DNA of 64,000 bases from Eledone cirrhosa. Lineage: Eukaryota. The stretch is from contig OZ024749.1 of the NCBI GenBank assembly GCA_964016885.1, forward strand, positions 53,878,001 to 53,942,000, written 5' to 3'. The notes under the pieces are model-generated. The model made no database searches, was not told the origin of the DNA, and was given only the letters and a program-made list of their open reading frames with translations. Below, piece after piece: positions 58,239 to 64,000 of this stretch. The first letter of the stretch is position 1. The number at the start of each line of letters is the position of its first letter. The translations under genes and the position numbers were made by a program.

Positions 58239-59348
58239 GAAAGAAAACAAAAAAAAAAAGCCACCGATTATAACCACTTAAAAAGAAAAAAGAAGAAACA
58301 AAAGAATTTCTATAAAAAATTTTGAAAAATAACAAAAAGAATTAGAAGACACCACTAAGTGTAAGGTGTGGGGGAAGTTAAGAATTTTGAAAAAAAAAAG
58401 AAATATTAACAATTTCGTAGTGAGATGCTTACGAAAAAAAAAACCACAAAGTTACCATTTATTGGTTCATATCTTTCTACTAGCTGTATTATTATTACCA
58501 TTATTATTATTATCATTATTATTATTATATTGTCAAAATATTGTTATCCAGGGTGAATAGAATGTTTTTTTTTTTTTTTTTTTTTTAGGGAGTCATTCTA
58601 CTATTAGGAAAAAAATTAATATTGCTTTTGCCATTAAATTATGGCACTTAACATCTTTCACTCACTCACTCCCTCCTTTTCATCTTTTTTTTCTTTTGTT
58701 ATTATACTATATTTGTTTTTCCTGACTACTTATTACAAAAGTTGGTAAATAAATATTGACAATTTAAAAATGGTTTACTGTAGGACTGTGGGAAGGTAGA
58801 GTAGTTTATAATAATAAAAGATTAATTTCTGCTATGTATGTTCTTCTTCTTTGGAAGAAGAATAAGATGAAAACTATTAAACATTGCTTGTTAGAAATTG
58901 TAGGATGAAGCATCTAAAAATAAAAAGGATTTTTGATGCAAAATACAATACAGTGAACACACATAGACCGTCTCTCTCACTCTCTATCTATCTAAACACA
59001 CAGTCTCTCTCTTGCTATCTAAACACAGTCTCTCTCTTACTATCTAAACACACACACTCTCTCTTGCTATCTAAACACAGTCTCTCTCTATCTATCTAGA
59101 GGAGTCTCTCTCTCTCTCCAACGTCAGTAGCAGTCACACAAATGAATATTTATTCTATAGCAAATCAAGATAGTAAGGTTTCCTAATAAATATATAAAGT
59201 ATAATTCAGTACTTATATCTGGAGCATTATATCAAATGAAACTTCAAATTTCAAACCAAACAACCTTTTAAAACAAAACCATGTTGGATGCCTTCTTCAG
59301 ACAAGATTTCGACTAACGTTAAGTAAACCTATAGGTTACTTCCCCTGG

Positions 59349-59386
<38 letters not shown>

Positions 59387-59701
59387 TTATATATATATAT
59401 ATAATTTGTTTTTTTTTTTGTTCTGAAATTAATAATGTGTAGTACATTTTAGAACGCTGTGAGCATTTCTCTTGTTAAAAAAAATGTTATTTTTGTTGGT
59501 TTAAATGTAGTTTAATCAACATTAATTCAAATCTGAACCCTGCCATTCAATTCATATGTGTGCAGTCACTGCTGAAGCTAAGTTATGCAGCTAAGCCACT
59601 AATTATTGATTCATATATATATATACATATACATACATTATATATGTAATATGATATATATATATATATACTGTTTCATTTGTAAGAAATCATCAGGAAA
59701 G

Positions 59702-59741
<40 letters not shown>

Positions 59742-60643
59742 TTCTTGTCTTGTTTATATTTCTTATTCTACTCTTATTTCTGCTCCTCTTCCTCCTCCAG
59801 CTCTCTTCTTTCTCAATTATGTCAAGTAAAATAAATAAAAAATCTTGGTCTAGCCAGCAGTGATTTTCAAGCACCATATTGGTTTGTCTTTGGGCAGTTT
59901 TTAACTTTTCATACATGAAAAGAAAAGCTGAACACCGATTTTGTTTTCTAATGGCTACTATTTTTAAGTTTACATACATACATTTCTTTTTTTTCTTCTT
60001 TAAAGACATTTAGGAAATTTCAAAGCTCGTATCATTCATATTTATCGCATTTCTTACATGAATCTTCTGTATATATTTGGTTTCAACTGAAATATAAGCA
60101 TTTTTTCATTTTAGTTTTATAAAAGAGTTTATCAAAATCAGATACATTTAATGTTATAAAGTTATTCATTATTTCAGGTTTATATTAGTATTTAAAAAAG
60201 AAATAGTTCCAAGTTGTAAGTAGACGATTAAATAAAATTTACATTCCTATTAGAAGAATATTTTAAATTTTATTTAAATTATTTTCCTTTTATTTTCAGT
60301 TAGTTAAAAGCAAGCTTTTATCTCGTATAGATTTTGGGGGGGAGGGAACTTCCAACCTTATGATCAGGCATTTAATAACTAAATTAAAATTTAAATTCGA
60401 AAATGTCATTTTTATTTTTTTATTTTTCCATAAATAGTTTATCTTATTGCTACAAAATTATTTTAATAATTCATACTTAAATTTTCTCTTTATTCTCTGT
60501 TAACGTGACTCATTTTTTTTTTTTCAAATGGATAAAAATTCCCCCTGTCCCTAAAAGTAACTCTACTAATAATCTCTGAGGTGTTATACATATATATGTA
60601 CATATACATGTATTTGTGTGTCTATGAATGTATGTATATATGA

Positions 60644-60678
<35 letters not shown>

Positions 60679-60784
60679 CAAGCATGGATTTTTTTTTTTT
60701 TCCGGTTGGAAACAAGAAAATGTAGTTTTTAGAATTCCTAGTGATTCATATTACTGGTGAAGGCAATCCTATTTTATTTATTAT

Positions 60785-60819
<35 letters not shown>

Positions 60820-61450
60820 CTTGTTATTTTACAGTTAGTTTATTGTGGCTACTATGTAAATAAAAGGTTCCAAATTTACTGGAAAATCTTTTGTTTAAAT
60901 ATTTGTGTCACACATTTAAATAAAAAAAACATTTTTATTTAGAAATATTTAAAAAAAAAGAAAATTATAAATAATAAACATCATCGTTATCATACAATAT
61001 TATGATTTCAATTATTAAATTACTTAAAAAAAAAATGTTTTTCATTTAATATATATATATATATATATATGTATATACATATATTTCAAAATTTTTACTT
61101 CGTTATTTTTTTCTTCTTTCTTTTGCACACAAGAATTTAATTAATATCACACCTCTTAAAAGAGCTCGCTACCGTTATGTTTGTCATTTAACCGAAACAA
61201 AGGTATTCATATTTTAAGATGTGTTATTCCATGTAGATCAAATTTTTTTTTTTCTTTTTAATAATTTTTAGAGAATTACAGGCCACAAAAATTGGCAGGC
61301 ATAGAATAAATACTCTAGATTTTTTTTTTTTTTTTCTTCTTCCCCCCCTTCATTTTTTTTGTTTTTTAATAGTCAACTTGTATTTTAAACTTCACATTTG
61401 TGTATTTTTTCTGAAATATCCTAAATAAATCATTAACCAAACACTGCTTC
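58171..61450 (+). other. Probable long 3' UTR of the beta-subunit gene
   Basis: AT/U-rich, no recognisable SINE/MITE copies; several AATAAA hexamers, e.g. ~61305 followed by U- and GU-rich tracts. Confidence 0.45.
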
Positions 61451-62726
61451 TTGTTTTTTATTTTTATTTTTTATTTTCTTTGTCTGTTTTGTTTGTTGTT
61501 TGTTATTTTTGTTTTATTGCTGTTGTTGTTTATTTTTAAAATGATGTTGTGTCCATGATTTTAGATGTGCAAAGGAAAAAAAATAAATAATTTATGTGAA
61601 AAAATAAAGATTTTTTTTTCCCCCTCATATTTAAAAAATCTAATTTGCATTTAAAAATAAAAATATATATATATATATCAATCGATACAAGTTTTAAATG
61701 ATATATTCTTTAAAAATATATTGTTTAGTATTGGGAGAAAAAAAATTGAACTTTAATTAAAAGCAGAAACAAACCCATCGTATCTCCAACTTTTCTAATT
61801 TAATTCAACTTTACAAAACATTTAATTTTCTTAGTTAACATATTTACAAACATTTCTGATTGATAAATTTTATAAATGTTATTGTTGTGTCTGTGGTTTG
61901 GTCTGGAAGTCATTTCCACCTCCACACCCCCATTCTCCTCTCCCCATCACCATCAACATTTTTTTTTAATTTTTTCATTTTTTTTTTTTTTTTTTTTTTT
62001 TTTTTCTCTCACCTTTTAAATGAAATCCAAGCCTGCAATGCCTTGTTATTTAGCATCACATCATAGGTGATGGTAGAGTTGTTAGTAAGAGAGAATTGTT
62101 ATATTCAAACAGGTTGAACTTATTAGTTCTTCAGCTATTGCTTGCAAGGGAAGTTAAATATTCACATTGGTTCCTTGTTGTTGTTATTATCATTATTATT
62201 ATTAATATTAACAATTGATTGTTAATTTAAAAAAAATAACAAATTATCATAATTAATATTAAAAAATGATTAATTTTTTAAAGATTATTATTAATATTTT
62301 AAAGATAATATTAATATTAATAATAATGATAAACAAATGATTAATTAAAAATAAAGATTATCATTATTATTAATATTATTAACAAATGGTTATTAATTAA
62401 AAAAAAAAAAAAATTATTATTATGGACTAATATTAATTGCCCATGAAAATTTGGTCCTGCATTCCAAAGTTTACATTTAAATGCTAATAATTTTTTTTTT
62501 TCTAGATGTTGCAAATAATCATTTTGTTGGACCGCATGTAAAATTATTATTATTATTATTGTACCCAAGACGTTCAGTTCCGAATAAAGAACATTACAAA
62601 CTAAGAAAGGTATTTGTTTCTGTTTCCCAGCTTAATTAGCAAGAGTTCATATAATTGTAAAGCATGCGTTTTATTTATTTTTCAGTAACATTGTAGTAAA
62701 TTTACAAAGTTGCATGGTTTCTCTGG

Positions 62727-63057
62727 TGTAGGCTGGAGAGAAATGCTTCGTTGGATGTGCAATGTAAATGTGAGAGAAAGGCTTGGATGAACTGAGGGAG
62801 AAACTGGGTTTAAGAGGAATCCAAAGTGTTGTGCAAGAGAGGAGACTGTGTTGGTATGGACATGTGATGCATATGGTTGGTGATCGTTGGGTGAAGAAGT
62901 ACCAGGAAATCCTAGTGAAAGGAAGCTGCAGCAGAGGTGGTGAGAGCTGATCTCAAATTGCTGAGACTCGCAGAGGAGATGAAAAAGGAATGCAACAAGT
63001 GGAGAGATACTGAAAAGGACCCATCCAACCCAAGCTAATGTGGAAAAAATGATGATG
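62727..63057 (+). mobile_element. RTE LINE 3' fragment with internal deletion
   Basis: LRWMCNV...LREKLGLRGIQSVVQERRLCWYGHVMHM; same tail as the 31327 and 47480 copies. Confidence 0.8.
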
Positions 63058-64000
63058 AATATATTCTGACTGAGGTATCTTTTAACATCAGTGTTGTTTA
63101 AACTGATGATGAATATATTCTGACTGAGATATCCGTTTTAGCATTAGTGTTGTTTAGTCAAAGACAATCAATTTAAGAATAGACTTAATGGTTAAAGAAA
63201 ACAGATGCCATACAGGTGTAATGGATTAGAAAACATGTCGTTTAAGTGTAATAGAGTAGAAACATAATATATGTAGTACAGGTGTAATAGTATAAAGCAT
63301 GTAGAAGATATGCCATATAGGTGTAATAGAGTAGAAAACATGTAATACAGGTGTAATATATGTAATACAGGTGTAAAAGTGTAGAAACCATAGAAAATAA
63401 TTACCACTTAAATGGTGCTGTGTAAGAAAAGTTATTCAAGAAGATGCAATGTCAACTATCTCACAAACTTGAGTTGAAATATGTGCTTTTACATAATTGC
63501 CTGATCTGTTAGGAGAAAGCAGTAAAATATTCCTTAAATGACATACACCCTACATCACCATCATCATCTAACGTCCATCTTCCCTGCTAGCATGGGTTGG
63601 ACAGATCTTCATAGAATGTGTTTGTCCTCGAGCGAGACTTGTATAAGTTTCCACAGTCTACTGAGTGCATTTTTATCATGACACAGCAACACTAGGGCGG
63701 TTATCATGTCTTTGACACAGCTGAAGAGTCTTGCCAAACATGGGGAAAATGTATGTTAAATAACGGTGATATATATGTATATGGCACCTTGTCAACACTG
63801 TAAAGTGGTTGTCTTGGTGCCATAACAAAAAGTGGTCAGTTCACTGTGTAAGGTGTCATTTCAGTGCCATGATAAAAAAATGCCCCAGCCCACACTAATG
63901 TGGCTGGTGCTAGGAAGGTCAACGTCACCAGCCATAGAAACCCTGCCAAAATACAGATCTGTATGAGCATGATGAAATCTCCTGACCTGACTTGACTTAT

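Noticed and set aside
59285-59320. Minus-strand GAAA...CTGAAGA in the 3' UTR
   Set aside because: Only 6 nt between the motifs, so stems I and III cannot form.

Overview
AT-rich, repeat-dense metazoan genomic DNA. The SINE/LINE repertoire and giant (TA)n blocks look like a coleoid cephalopod, probably Octopus (inference). The one well-supported gene is a complete six-coding-exon Na+/K+-ATPase beta subunit on the + strand (CDS 33593-58170, 300 aa, all GT-AG introns, 16 kb first intron, long TE-free 3' region). Most of the rest is microsatellite, tRNA-derived SINEs (CORE-type, Nin-type, RTE-tailed), RTE, CR1/L2 and CRE-like LINE fragments, and piggyBac- and Tc1/mariner-like MITEs. The most unusual signal is a set of at least 6 unrelated small elements embedded in (TA)n tracts. 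They carry minimal type I hammerhead ribozyme motifs and/or fold-back (inverted arm + direct arm + tail) architecture, as expected of Penelope-like element termini or retrozyme-like non-autonomous derivatives. Second, internal pieces of retroposons are repeatedly amplified into clean minisatellites (20 x 61 bp from a CR1/L2 3' end; 18 x 48 bp from an RTE 3' end). Nearly all long ORFs in the supplied track are microsatellite artefacts.
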